From contig CAZCLW010000001.1 of NCBI GenBank assembly GCA_964499685.1, positions 119,859-183,858 on the forward strand: a stretch of 64,000 nucleotides of DNA. The letters are read 5' to 3'. Every line of letters starts with the position of its first letter. Within the stretch, counting starts at the first letter, position 1. The notes under the pieces are model-generated. The model ran no database searches. It was not told the origin of the DNA and was given only the letters and a program-made list of their open reading frames with translations. Positions 12,001 to 27,000 of the stretch are shown piece by piece. The translations under genes and the position numbers were made by a program. Origin of the DNA: an uncultured Planctomycetales bacterium. GTDB lineage: Bacteria > Omnitrophota > Gorgyraeia > Zapsychrales > GWA2-47-8.

Positions 12001-15000
12001 CCGCCTTGTTGCCTTCCGCCGGACTTATGAATATTTAAGCGCCGCTCTCCTCATTGAGCCAGAAGATCCTCAATGCACCGAAAATCTTTCCACTGCCGCG
12101 TTCTATCTTGCCAAAACGCGCACGCATCTGGCCTATATCGCGGGTATTGTTGATCTCCTGGAGAGAAGCTTCGGTCTGGATACAGAAAACCTCAGCGCCG
12201 AGCGTAAACGTCTCATGCTCGCCGCCGTATATTCCATCGGTATGAAAAAGGCCATTGTCCCGGCGCAGGAAATAATAACTATCCTTGAACAGGTCATGAG
12301 GAGCCGGTTCGACCGCCTGGAAGATGCGGCCTTGCGCGATAAGATGCTGGTTGCCGTCTATAACGTAGCCATGAAAAAAGCACAAAGCTCCCTGATGACG
12401 GTCATTGAATATTTCTGGGAACAATTCGGTATCGATATCGGCCAAGAGAAGGATGCGGCTTTGAGAGATCAAGCCATCATCGCCATGTATACGATCGCTT
12501 CATGGAAAGCGGAAGATCTGTTGCAGCTCATCACAGGCATTCTTAAAGAACGGATAGACACACCGCCCGATACTCTTCCCGTTTTAGCCAGATTGAAGCT
12601 TGTCAGATATATTTATCGCTTCATTCAGGATAACCGCAAAGAATTTAATGCGATAAATGATGCCGAGTCGAAGAGGGCACGCGCGAAGGAATTGATGGAC
12701 CCATCCGCTATCGCGAAGATCCTGAACCCTGCGCCGGTCAGGAAAGCGGTTGTCGGCGTAAAACGGCCGAAGGCCAAAAGACCGGCCCATGTCCCGATGC
12801 GCTATAAGACCGTCGATGTGATCAAGCTTCAAAGCCGACAGGAGCTGCTCAGTAAACAGATTTACAAAGAACTCAGGGATGAGGAAGGCGTTGTCCGTAG
12901 TACGGCATCCTATGTGTATCGGATATTTGAGATCAATTTGGATTCGGATATCCTGGTTTTATTGATGTTGCAGGAAGTGTTCGGCGACAGGATCAAGATC
13001 GAGAGCCTTAAATATAAACGGGACCTGGCCGGAGAAGGAAGCTTTTATCTGGGCGTGGTTGAGGAAGAACGCGTCGATCCTGTTTCGTATGAGGAATATC
13101 TGGTGATCGAGCCGATCGCGCTCTTTTTCGCCCACGAACCGACACGCACCCTGCTTTACGCCCAGATGCAGCATTGGGATGCATTGATGAGCTGGCAGGA
13201 CAATGATGCGCGGACTTTAACGGAATTGCTCCATGAAAAATTATTCTGGCCGCAACAACACAATGTTTTCGTGAACGGGCGTCAATATGATGTGAGCTAC
13301 AGCTATGTGGATATAGAGGATAGACCCGTATCCCTCGAATCGGATGCGCGCTTTTGGGCTGTCCTGCATGATGTGAGCGTCGGGTTCACCAAAGATTCCG
13401 GACTTTCTAACGATGACATAAATGGCGGCCGGTTGTTGGGCCTGTCCTGGCCGCTGTATCCGTTTATTTTCGCCTCAATGATTGATTCCCCGCAGGCCTT
13501 GATGCAGTTATTCGCTATGGCGGCATTAGCGATCTTGCTCCTTTTGGGCTACTCGGTGTATAGGCACAAAAATAGCCCGATAGTCATTAACAGAGGACGC
13601 GGCTCCATTGATATGGGGCCGGAGCATCCCATTGCCGATGAGCATGTGCGGATGATGGACCATCTCAGTGCTTATGAGCTCGCCGGATTGACCAAGGGAT
13701 TGCCGGTGGTCATCCTTAATTTTGATCCGCACCATGATAAATATGTCTCGGCGGCGAGCGATTTCCATAGTGCCGGATCGCATAACTGGGCGTATTTGGC
13801 GGAATTGGAAAAGCGCGCTATCGTGATCACCGTTATCGTCGCTGATGGAAAAGAATCCCGCGGCGGCTTTATAGGTAAGAATGGAGAATGGAAAGAGCCG
13901 CGTGGTACGGTCAAGGCGATTGATTACCGGCCCATTACGGCAGAAAACTATACGATCCTGCCTGAACTGAAAAATGTCCGTGTCGCCGCGGGCGGCCGCA
14001 TGTATTCTTTTGCCGATTATCCCGGATTGGTCGTTATCAATGTCGATTATGATTTCTTCAGCTTAAAGCCGAGACAGGGAAGAAAAGGCGACAGGATCAT
14101 TGACCGCAAAGGCTATCATCTCTCCGAAGGGGACGTCGCCGCTCAATTTGAATATCTGGAGCAATATCTGCTTCGGCAGAAGATCCGGGCTGATGATGTC
14201 GTCGGTTTTGTCTCGCCGAGATATTTGAACAGACAGCATGAGGACTTTCATCCCGCCTGGGTGCCGATGGTCGGGAAGCATTTTCTGAAATTCCGTAGGG
14301 CTATGCTCCATAAGGCGCCTCCGGCGGTCCAGCATATATCCGGCGTCAGACAGCTGTTTCTTGCGCTTGCTTTTAGCGCTTTGTCCATGTTGTCTCTCAG
14401 TCTTCCCGGGTGCTCGATCCCGCCTCAACCTTCGGAAACACCGAAGGTGCACGAGGTCATTTTCTTGTCGCCGGAAGAAAGAGTCCGAAGTCTTCTGCAG
14501 GGGATCCCCGGGAACAACAATAGCGATCAGCTCGTCGACATAACAGGAAGATTGGTGGACTTCGGCGACAGGGCCCTGGAACCTTTGATCCAGGCCCTTG
14601 ACCATGAGCATGAAAAGGTGCGCCAAGTGGCCATAACGGCTTTGGCCGAGATCAGCAGTGAACGGGCACAACAGGCATTAGTGAACGCCGTTTCTAATGA
14701 AAAGATCGCGTCCAATGAAGACAACAGGCTTGCCTTGAGCCGGGTCATCGAAGACAAGATACTGCCGGCCGCTGTCGAGCCATTGCTTGAGATCTTGCGG
14801 AATTCAGGCAACAGTAATTTTGTGGCTGCCGACATCTTAAGCCGCAGTAATGATGCGCGGATCATCGAACCTTTCTTAGGCCTCTTGAAAGATGACAATT
14901 CCAGCAACAGGCTTCAAGGAACGGCTGTGTATGGATTGACCGCCTTCCAAGACCGGCGCATTACTACCGCCTTATTGCACATCGTGGATACGGCCGACAT

Positions 15001-18000
15001 CGCGCATTTGAAAATTAAGGAAGGCCAGGCTGATATAGAGGACCGCAATAGTTACCGGCTTTACATGACCCTTCTTAATCTCGATGCCCTCAGGGTCGAA
15101 CAAGATGAAGCCCTGCGGGTGATCCAGTCCATCATGCCTTTATTGGCCAACGAGCAACTGCCTGAAGTTTATGCCGTTCCCGCCTTTAAGGTATTGGCCA
15201 GCATCGTCACAAACCATCCCCAACAATTTGCCGATCATCCGCAAACAGACGTTCTTGGCCCCGAAGCGGTCAGCCGCACGGTCCGCCGTATCGCCGGGAC
15301 CGGCGTGCTGGAGAAAGATTACAGTGAATTTCCCATGCATGAAAAAACAGCTGCCGTCAGGATCATTTCCGCACTGGGGACATTCGAAGAATTTAAGACG
15401 TATTTGGCCAAAGATGCGGTCGGCTTGCATGATCCCCATCAGGACATCAGGACCGAAGCTTATAAAGGTTTGAGACGTTTCGGTAAAGATGCCCTGCCTT
15501 TATGGCTCGCCGGATTAAGGGATACCGAATTAAAAGTCTGTGACCTGTGCGTGAACGCTCTTATAGCCATCGGCAAGGAAGTTGAGCCGCATGTCTGGGC
15601 GATCATAACCGATCCGGCGGAGACCATACAGGCAAAAGCCCAAGCCTTCAGGATCATCGTTGAATTCGAGCTTGGGGCCTCCGACGAGGCGACAAAATTT
15701 ATTGAGTCTTTATCGCATCCTCTGCCTTTCGATCTCATCCGGGCTTTGGGCCGGACAGGTAATACCGCTGCCGTTCCGACCTTGATCGAAGTCATGAAGA
15801 ATAAGGACGGCCATTACGGCAATATAGACTGGCGCGAAGAGGCCGCGAAAGGATTAGGCAGGCTTAATGATGCCCGCGCGGTCGAGCCGCTGGTCAGGTA
15901 TCTGTTCGATGTCGGCAGTTTTGAAAGAAGCGCCGCGCGTCATGCCCTGACCCAGCTGTCGCGGCTTACCGCCCAGGAGATCGTTCCCGGCGTTTTTGAT
16001 AAAGCCCAATTAAAGGTCCTCAACACCAAGCGGGCCCGTCAGGTCCTGAATATCTTGCATGAAAGCGTTCCGACCGTCGATTATTCCATTGAATATATCG
16101 GACAAATGCTCACCCAGAACGATAACGAACAGCTTCGCGACGCGCTGGACCTGTTCAAGAAAAGTAAAGAGCTTAACATTCTTTATCCGTTCCGGTTCTG
16201 GGACGGGGATATGGACCTGGACCTTATGCGGCTCGTTATCCAGAACAGGCTCGATCATCCGGCTGAAAAAGATGAGCGGCCGCTGGCTGTCATCATTGTC
16301 CCGCGCAGCGACTGGAATGCTGCGTTTGACAGCGATGCCCTGAGAAAAACGATCAAGGAATTAAATAAGTCTTATTATGTTCTTTATTATGAGGTTTCGA
16401 ACGAAGATGAGATGATCAGAAACTTCCTGGCGGCAACGGAAAAGAAAAAAGCCTCTGTCCTGCTTTTGGGCGGCCATGCGAACATGTCCAGCATGTCCTT
16501 CGGTGCGGAAGATCCGGCGCAGGCGGCGGTCAAAGAAGAAGATGAATGTCTCGTCATTTCCGTCTCAGATAAGGACAAATTGCAAAATGCCGGGATTTCC
16601 GTCCGTCTGGAAGACGGAGGGATCGTCATTCTCGGCGCCTGCAGTTCAGGCAAGGGTAAAGGAAGGGAGCAGAACCTGGCCAACATGTGGCGGGAAATAT
16701 TCCCGCAGGCCCGGGGTATCTGGTCGCCTGTCGAGCCCACACCGTTACCGGATTTCAAGTTTAACGCCGATGGGAAAGTGGAGGAGGTCAAATATCCTTT
16801 CAGCGACACCTATATCGGCTGGATCGATCAAATGATCGAAAACGGCGTTATCCAGCCTGACTTTATTAAAGAGGAGAAGCGAAGCGGTGCCCTTGCTTCG
16901 ATGTATCCGGGAGAAAGATCGACCTTGTGGCCGTTCTTGCTCATGGCCAGCGCGGGCGTCGTGATGATGATGTCCTCGAGCTTCAACCGGCGCAAAGAGG
17001 ATGATTTTGATCTGGAAGGGGATGTCAATGACCGGCCGTCCCTGACTTCGCCTTTCGCCATCCCGCACGTAAATAAAGCGCCCGATGCCAAACGGATCTT
17101 GTTGGAAAAGTTATTGGCAGCCTACGGTCTGCAGCCTCTAAGCGAGAATCTTGGCAGAGAGCACATTATGGTCATCCTGGCGGAATGCAATTGCGACCAA
17201 GGTTGGGTGGTTTTCAAGACCCCGCGTTTCCGTGCGGGCGAGAAAGAATTTGAAGCCGAGAACCATTTGATCGCTTATCTTATCGGCCAGGGTGTTCCGG
17301 CTGCCGCTGCTCTTAGAAATAAAGAAGGCAAGATCGGGACGGATATCGAGGGAACAATCTATGTCGCTTATCCGTATATTCAAGGACGCCATGTCGAGTT
17401 AGGCGTTATGTCGCCTGAAGAAAGACGCAGCGCCGCGCAGGCCTTGGCCCGGCTTCATAATGCAACCGCCAAGTATCAGTCCTTGCCGGAGTTGGGAGCG
17501 GATGAATTCCGTAACGGACTTTTGCATAAAGGCATATGGACCATGGGAGAACTGGTCGCCGGTTTACCGTTATCCGAAAGGCCCAAGAGCGCGCTGGAAG
17601 AATTTGTGGAAGAAAATGTTGTTGAACTGATTGAAGAGCTGACCCGTCTTGAACGGGAATTGCCGTCGGAAGTTTATACGACGCTCCCCAGTCAGGTCAC
17701 CCATGGGGACCTTCATCCGGGCAATATCCTGTTCCGCGAAGAGAAAGTGGCCGGCATCCTCGATTGGGAGTTGGCGCACTACGGGCCGCGCCTCGGCGAT
17801 GTGGCTGGTCCCATGTCCTACAGCCGGCCCGAGGACGGGACTTTGCTGGACCTGAATGCGGTCCGTACCTTTATTACCGCCTATCAGGAAGCTGCCGAGC
17901 GAAAACTGACCAGAAGAGAGCTTGAGCTTCTTCCGGTCTTTTACAGACGGGATTTTCTCGGCACTATCCTTTATCTGGTCCAGTTCCATCTTAGGGATGA

Positions 18001-21000
18001 TTATCAAGGAAATTTTGTGAAAGCGGTGCTGGCCAGTTTGCGCAAAATAGACCGGCTTGATTGGGATAGCTTGCATGATCTTTCCGCGGATTCCCGCGCT
18101 CCTCTGGCTGTCAGCTGGCTGTGGCTGCCGGTCATCACATTGCTCCGGCGCGTTATGGGTGACCGGGCCATTGCGGTCACCATCGGTATTATTGAAGAAG
18201 TGCTGCTCTCGGCGCTGGTCGGTTATGTCTTCTACCCGCTTTTCGGCCGGGTCTATGCCCACTTAATGCATTATCCGCCGGGCATTTATGCGCCTGGCTC
18301 TTCGCTTTGGGCGGCCGGCTTTGCATCCGCGGCAGGAATTCTGCTTGCCATTTTATTGCATACCCAAAAGACCTACAGATTGGTCGATGGAAAATTGATC
18401 CTCAGCGAAAAAGAAGTCGGGCGGCCTCATTATCCTTTACGCATGCTGGAAATTTTTGCCGAAGAAAGGGCCCCTAAGGACCTCAAAGTCCTGGCCAAAA
18501 TTTTCAGTATTATCCGCATTGTTTCGGGCGGCTTTCTCTATATATTAGGCCCCATCCCGTCGATCTTGACCGCGGCCCTGATGCACGGCCTGTATAACGG
18601 CTTGATCGCGCCTGTTTTTGGCGCGCCCCTGGCCATGGCGGACATAGTAGATATCGGAATAATCTCCGGTACTGTTGATGAGCGTCTGGCCGAGATCGCG
18701 AAGGTCGGTCGTGACCGGTCCAAGTTCGAAGATGTGAAGGCTGTGGGCCATGTGATCATCGCAGGGACCTTGCCCAAGTCGGGGAATCTGGATATCGGGA
18801 AACGTCTTGGAAAATTCCCGCTGCATGGTGGAGAAAAATATGAATTGGAAATGGCCGGCGGCTTCCCGGTCAGGATTACTTTCAACCAAAGCGGCCGGAT
18901 ATATCCGTTTTATCGTATCTGGAATGCCCGGACGGGTGAATTGATCGATACACATACCGGAAAGATGACACGCGCGCGTATGCTGAACTACGGAGATATT
19001 GTCACGGAAACACAATTGAACGAAGCAGGGAAACTCTCGCTGGGCGGCGGGCGGCCACGGGTCAATGGCCTTATGCCAAGGCCACAAAAGGCCTGGGCCA
19101 GGATAGAAAAACATGCCGAAGAAAGAGTTATGCTCTATGTGCATGGGGGGCTGGTTGTTAAGATCTGGTCGATGACTTCTGATCTTAATGAAGACTTTGT
19201 TCTGGTCTGGGATAAAAAACAGCGCCGATTTATCTCCTCCTATCTAAATTATTTGCCCTCCGACGAATATGCCCTGGTGACATCCGCACATGAGTTTTAT
19301 AAAGAACGCCTGACCAAATACGGTTATCTGACGTTTGGCGGCCGCGAAAATGCCGTTTATTTCGGTGAGGAGTATGCTTACGGAAGGGTCATCGTCCGCA
19401 AAGTCCGTTCGGCCGCTGCCGGGCGTATTTTATTCGGCGAAGCGGTTGCGCTTAAAGATGGTTCGACCCGGACTTTGCGTCCTGTGTATCGCGTCAATCC
19501 TGGAGCGGCGGAGGATTCCTTTGAACGCGGTGAATTGATCGAAGGGGTGAATGATCTTGGCCGGAATTTGCAAAATGAATGGAAGGATTTTATCGTAGGT
19601 GAGACGGTTTTAACGGACAGCGCGCTCTATCAGGCGGGTTATCTTGGACGGTTCTCCTACTTCCCGGATGCGGTCGTGGAATTGAAGTTTATCGACGGAC
19701 AGGCGCGCTATGTGCGGTTCATCCGTGATGCACAAGGAAATCCCGTTACCGATATCCATGGCCGCGATCTCGTCGTTGATCTTCGCCGGGATATTTTGGA
19801 GCAAATGAAGCAGCATTCAAAGATTTATTTTGAACGGAAGATCCATAAGGCCCAAGAGCTGCTTGTCCTGCCGGGACAAAGGCAAAACCTGGTTGAAGCC
19901 CGCCGCATGCTGACGCGCCGCGTACTAGAACGCGTTCCGGCCGGAACGGAGATCGCAGAAGCCGCCGACGCTGTTCATCAAGCCATGGGTGCAAAATTGC
20001 ATTCCCTGCGGGTAAGTCAGGGCACTTATTGGGCTGTTACCAGGGCCGGTGCCGCCCTGGAGAGAGCACAGGTCTCCGTTCAAAGCGGAAATCATGCCAA
20101 GGCCGTCCGTCTGGCGCGCGATCTTCTGGAAAGGATCAGGCGGTTCAAAAAACTTAACCCGTCGGTAAACGGAGAATTTGATGATATTGTCGCGGCGGCC
20201 GAATTTATTCGTCGGACAGCTCTGGCCGGCGTTGAGAATGGACGAAAGGTGGAAGTTGATTCCATCCATACGATTTATAGAGAAAAGCCGGTGTATACCC
20301 AGCCGGAAGAGGAAAGGCTGTGGAGCCTGCTCGCGGACGGCCAGAACCATGCCCTGCTGCCATTGACGGATATATATATTTGGGAGATCAAACAGATCGC
20401 CAAAGAATTCACCTGGGAATACAGCGATTTTTATGAAGATCTCGTACATGAAGGCATTGTGTACTTCTTGGAAACCGCCGGAACATACGGTCTGTGGCAG
20501 AGAGAAAGCCTGCGTGAGCTCATTTTTGCCCGATTGCGTCAGAGGTTTGATGAATTAAGAAAAGAGCGCAACCGTATCATCTACCGGACCAGATCTTTGC
20601 AGGCGCCGCTGGGCGGAAATCAGGACGGAAAACCGTTCACTCTGGAATCTTTACTTTACACAGAAGATGACATTGACACGACGGAAACTGTCGAAACTTC
20701 GTCGAGATCGATGTCTTTGATAAAGCCGGCCGTCTTCACGGTCTTTTTGGCCGGATTATTAACGACCGGCGCGAAGGCGCAAGCGTTGGGTAATGATCTT
20801 GCCGTGCAATCGCAGGGGGCAGATTGGCCGGCCATATGGCACGCCTTGGGCGCGAGCGCTATCTTATTGATCGTATTTGTTGCACAAATGATCCTCGTTG
20901 CTTTATGGCACGAGATCGGCCATGCGCTCCCTACGCTCTTATTCGGCGGAAAAACAAAGATCAGGCTCACGTGGAGCGGCGCCGAGACCGTGCGTGATAT

Positions 21001-24000
21001 CGATCCGCGCGTATTCGACGGATGGAGGGGATGGAAAGGCTTCTTGATGGACGCCGGCGGCCCGCTCTTTACGTTCTCCCTCATTCCATTGAGCATTTGG
21101 ATGATGACGTTGGAATGGGGCGCCCTGGCTTTCCCGGTGGAACTTATCCTTTGGGCTGTCTTGCTGGAGAATGTGATGATCGGTTTTATGAATGCCGTAC
21201 CGGGAGTGTTATCGGAAGAAACCCACGGCAAGACCGACGGGAACAGAATAGCCGACCGCATTCTGGAGAGGCGTATCCAGCGCTCCTTTAAGCGTCTGGA
21301 GCGCGCAGGGAAACTGAAAGGCGCTCTTATTTCTTTGGATCTGGGTCCTCATCTCTCCCTGATTCGCGCCAGAGGATTCGTTGCGGTTGCGCAGGCTTTG
21401 GCCTATGTACGGTCAGGGGTCAAGGTCCGCGCCGGGCCGGCGGAATTTTTTGCCCGGAATCCCGGTAAATACGTTGTCAGCTATAAAGGTACCCTATACA
21501 TCACTCCTGAATTCCAAGACAATGTCCACTTGTTAAGGTTCCTGATCATCCGGGAACTGACAAGCCTTTTAGGTTTCCCTAAACATTTCAAAGACCAGTT
21601 TTATAATGTCATCAGATCGGGCCATCCCGATGAAGAGATCCAATTGTGGGCGGAGCGCCTGGCGATCGCGCCAAAGCCGCCCGCGAGATCACCGCTCCTG
21701 CAGCTCGATTCCACGCGGACGATCGGATATAAGTTCTTCGCCCGTTATTTCGGCTGGCATGCGCCTCCGGCATGGCTCATTGATATTGTCTTTACCGCCG
21801 CGTATGAGCTTCCGCAGACCTTCCGCCCCATCCATTTCTATCTTAAACACGATAGCCGCACACTGTCGCAAAAAATTTCCCGCGCCGCCGGTATCGCCGG
21901 AATTTTGACCGGAATGCTGGCGGCGGGCATCCTTTTCCATTGGATGATCATGCCATTGGCTAATGTGTTCGTTCACGCTTTCTATAATATGTTCTTCGCC
22001 GCTAACTTATCGCTGCCGAAGCGGCCCTCCAAGGCCGAGCGGGAATGGGAGACCAGGCCTTTGGACATGATCATGGCCTTTTTCCGCGATATCATGACGG
22101 TCAATTTTGACGCCATTGAAGTGATCACCGCGCGCAAAGATAATCCCGAGGATACCAAGATCAAACGGCGTTTCACGACGGTCAGAAAGCGCCTGGAACG
22201 CCTGCATCAGCGCCTGAGCGATTGGAAGACAAGTACAAATTTGTCCTTGGCCCGCAATGCCCGTCCGGAACGAGATCAGATCTTACGTGACCGCCTGGCC
22301 TTGATCGAAAAATCCCTGCAAAGGTTCGAAAAGGCCGTTGAATTTTTCCAGAAAGGTAACGGCCCTGTGGTCGGCCAGATCCTTTTCGCCGTCACCGGTA
22401 CGCTCATGAACGAGTATGAAAGAATTTCAGACCAGCAGATCGCGCGTTCCCGCCAATACCGCGCCCGGCAGAACCTGGATTATCCGACGGGACGGGGACG
22501 CATTTGGAAAGACAGGCGCACGCGTCAATTCATCCTCTCCAAATGGGGCCATCGCCAGGTCGAGCCGGCCAAAGGCGTTAAAGTGACCCGCCGCGTTCTA
22601 CAGGAGATCCTCTTCGATACGTATTGGGAAATGCTGCGCTCTTTGGATCACACCTTTGATTCCCAATTCAAGAACCGGGACCACATAAGCAATATCCTGA
22701 AAGCGTTCAAGGCGCTCAGCGACCGATTGTCCTCTCAGTCGGGAAGAAAGCTTTCCGATGATCTGGTCAAAGAAATTTCAGCGCAATTGGAAGCCCTTCA
22801 AAAAATGGTATCCGGTCCGCGTGTCATCATTGAATTAAAATTGGCCCAATCGGCAGTGGCGACCGCACAATATTTATTCGAACGAGGCCGGTGGCGCTTC
22901 AGCCTTAAGATCATCTTGCTGGCGCAGCGGTTTTTTGCCAAGCGCCTACAGGAGATCGGCTCGATGATCGGCCGGAACGAAGACGGTAAGCTGGCCGTCA
23001 TCCGCAACATGATAGCGGAAAGAAACCGTTATATCCTGGCCCGCATCGCAGACATCAGGGCAGGGAACCGGAAAGCGGCTTTAGGATTGGCCAGTTATCT
23101 GAAAAACAATAAAGACCCGGATCTGGCCGGCGTGTACACATTGATCGTTGCGGCCAGGCAGGCGCAGGAGCAAGGCCGCCATGAAGACGCCCGGCGGTAT
23201 TTGCTCTGGGCCGAGCGCCGGGTCATCATCTCCACCCGTTTGCATGAATTTATGGCCGATTACCGCGATCGGGTCAAGGACTTGAGGCTTTCCGGTACGG
23301 AAGAAGCTGAGGCCTCGGCCAAAGCCTTCCGCGAGGCTTTTGAAGGATTATTCAAGGAATACCAAGACGAAAAACGCCATAAAAAACTTTGGGCTTACCG
23401 TCTTTATCAGGCGGTATTCGTTTCTTTGCGCATCAACAGTCCGGCCGATCCCCAAAAACGCGTTTCCAATCCGCTGTTTGAATTGTTCTCCGTCTTTATC
23501 GGTATCCTTGAGCTCAAAGAGATCAAAGATATTTTAAGGGCTTCAAGACTGGTCAGTAAGCGCCGTACACCGCAACTTTATAAATTCTTGGAGCAGATGC
23601 AGAAGAAATATTCTCAGATAAGCCAACTATCAAAAGAGGAAAGGCATCGCCTGATCGTCCTCATCGCCCAAGACCGTCAAAAGGAAGCAGGCGGACTGTT
23701 CGGTCCGCGCGTTGACTTCCTGGCGGAAGTCCGGAAAGCGGCGGTCCTAGCCGGGCTGACCAATGGTTTTAACGGCGTTCCGCAGGACGCCTCTTCCAAC
23801 GGAGAAGACAGGGAAGCGGTCATGCGGAAGATCGAAGAACTCGGCGGACTTATTGCCATCGCCGTTCTTTACGGAGGATTTATCGAGCGCGAGGAGATCG
23901 TGAAATTGTACGATGTGGAACGAATGGTCCGTCGGTTGCAGGAACGCGTTTATTTCCTGCGCGGCCCGCCCGAATTGGACGTTGTCAATGTGGTCGAAAC

Positions 24001-27000
24001 AGGAAAGCTCATTCCAAAGGCCACGTACATCATTATTCCGCCGAATGCGCCGGAATGGAAAGTCCAGCATGAGATCTGGGCCGTCTTGACCGGCAGGCCC
24101 CACGCCGAAAATCCATTTACATCACCGTCAAAACGTGCGCTAGAAAGATTATTTGAATCCGTCAATCGCGATGTCCGGCAGATCAAACCAGAGGATGTCG
24201 AGGTGCTCTTTCAGCAGACGCGGGTCCGGCGTTATTTATACTGGATATTCTTTTATTCGCGCATCCAAAGATTATGGGACATTTCCCGTGAATACCGTTT
24301 CGACCAGCGTAGGCTCTCTTTGGAGATCTACCGTGAATTCAAGACAGCCATCGAATCGATCAAAAGAAAGACGCGTCAAAGGTTTATGTCCATGCTCAGA
24401 AGTCTTCCGGAATTTGAGGCTCTTGAGCACATTGAGAAGGCGCATATCGTCGACACCCTGATCGTCCATGAGAAAAAGCGGATCTTGACGGCCATCCCGC
24501 AGGACATTGTGGTCATCCCGGCCGACGGTGAAATGTTTATCTTTTACCGGAATCTATTTTTGCGGCTCTTTGATCCTGAGGATCCCCGCAACGATGATCT
24601 GTTGTGGGTATTCCGGAGAGAAGGACATATCCGGTCTTTGGTCAAAAGGACTATTCTTCATAGCAGACAAGGCCTGGCCATAGGTATCCAGGTTTATAAG
24701 AGCGACGCTTCTTTTGCGGCCATGATCGCCCGGCTCTTTAACGGCAATCATCACAATATCTGGGAACACCTTAAGAAAACCGCCAAAGAAGCCCGCGGCT
24801 CTTCTTCGATGGAACCGCTGGTGAGAGAATTTGCCCAGCTGCTGGCCGTACACCGTTCTCTGCGCTTATTATTTGAGCCTGTATTCACTGAGCATGAAAT
24901 GGCCACCCTTGTCCGTTATGGAATCAAAAACCATGATCGCGACTGGGAAAGTTTCCAGCGGAAAATATTTGCGGCTATCGGCGCCTTTCATCTCTTGAGT
25001 CCGGAACCGGCGATGCATGTTAAGAACAACCACCGCCATGATCAGGTGATCGAATTCGAGGTTTTTAAAGGCACAAAGGTGCGCGGTATTTTCAAGAAAA
25101 TGCCGGGACATGAGTCTGAGCGATTGCCGGTCATCATCCTTACTCCTAATCACGCTCCGCCCGGGTTCCATGACATCCAGAATTTCCTTAAGGTGCACGT
25201 GCTGCAGTTGGAATCGGTGGCTACCAATGATCATATTGTGATCACCACGTTCGGCTATATTGAAAGTGAGAACATCATGATGGTCATCGAACAGCTCCGG
25301 CAACGTAACGATATCGATCCCGACAATATCGTGCTCTGGGGACTTTCCGCCGGGGCCAACCGTGCTTTGTTGGTCAATAATAAAATGCATCAGCAGGGAA
25401 TAAAGCTCCCCAGGGCGATCATACTTGATTCTTTGATCGATGACACACTGGACGGGCTCCGGCGCGGATTCGGATGGATGGGCGGCGGTATAGACAAGCG
25501 TTATGCCAAAGAAGCGATCCATTATGCCTCGAAGATGGTCCGGGAGCATTTACGGCGTTTGGGGATCGAAATGGATATCGATCTCCTGGTTAGAAGATCG
25601 ACGGATGTCTCCCGCATCGCCACAAATACCCTGATGGTCTTTGCCTTGCTGGATGACTATACCAATCAGGATGAAATGGACAAATTCATACGTAAATTGG
25701 TCCGTCTGCGCGGGACCAGGGAGTTCGGCGCGAAGCATGTTTCCTTCAAGATCATCGCCTATAACAACCGGCACGCCCACGGCTTCCAGGATTACCGTGA
25801 TTTCGCCATATTATTCATTCATTCACTGCTGCCCGTCGAATACCGTCTTGAACGTCCCGGCAGGATGGAGGATGCCCGCCGGACGGTCGCCGTCTACGGC
25901 GATGATTATCTCAAGCAGCCGCCGGGATCATTGGCGAATAAATTCAGATCCAAGAGAGATCCCGCGCGTCCATTGCCGGGCAAGGCGATGCCGGCGCGGT
26001 CGGTTATCGAACGCGAACTGGAAACACAAGATTTAGATAAGCTTTCGATCATTGAAACTTCTTCTACGATTATAAAGGCGGCCGTGGCTATATTGCATAT
26101 GCTCGGCGAGCACAAGATGGCCAAGCACTTGTTCTGGATGGCCAGACAGGGCCTGATCCGCGCCGGTCCTTTTGCCAGATATTTAGCAACAACCTATTCC
26201 CGTAATGGGAAAGAATACCTGATCCTCAGTAATTATTATCAAAGTCATAATAGTTCTCTTCAAAGGGTCTTAAGTCTTATCCATGAGATCGGGGCCACGG
26301 CGCCGTTCGATCTCTCCCACGAAGCCAATCTTTCCAGAGAAGAAACAATCCACCAGTGGATACAACGTTCATCTTTGACCATTATTCGGATAGCGGCCCC
26401 TGAGTTCCGCCGGCCGCGGCGCCTGGCGGACCTCGAAAATTATCAAGAAGGATCGATCGCGGAAGAAGAGATTGTCAGCTGGTGGGAGAAAGGGGAACGT
26501 CTGCTGCCGGTCAATCAAGTCATCCCGGGACACGTAAGAAGTATTACCCCGACGGTACGCCGCAAGTCGGCCAAGTACCGGCATAGTCCCTATAAATTCC
26601 TCGTCGAAGGATTCCGCGCGTACGTCATGGTCACCCGTTTTGCGGCTAATCGCGGTCCGGTCGTTGATCTTTATGAACGGAAGAGGTCGCGTCTTAAATT
26701 CGTGGCCGCTTATCAATTCGTTGCGTCGTTCAACAGGACGGTCCAGGTCAACTTGGCCGCATGGGATATCTGGGATTACATCCATGGCCGGGAAGATCTG
26801 ATTCCCGTTGAAGGGCGATATTTTGAATCCACCATTGTGAACGAATCCTCTTATCCGGATTCTTACCGTACCAGCGTTTACCTCAAAACATCCAGCGACC
26901 GGCGTTCCGAGCAAGACATAAGGATCCGGGTTTCCCCCGAACATATCAAGCATAGGAATTATAAGGGCCGCAAGGTGGCGATCGCTTTGGAAAACGACGC

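Noticed and set aside
20400-20560. Third sigma-70 region-2-like stretch (DLVHEGIVYFLETAGTYGLWQRESLRELIFARLRQ).
   Set aside because: Not fully rejected. It is listed in the sigma-module finding as the weak third stretch and flagged as low confidence, because it matches only the EG…TY..W core and has no accompanying r4-like HTH within ~100 aa.
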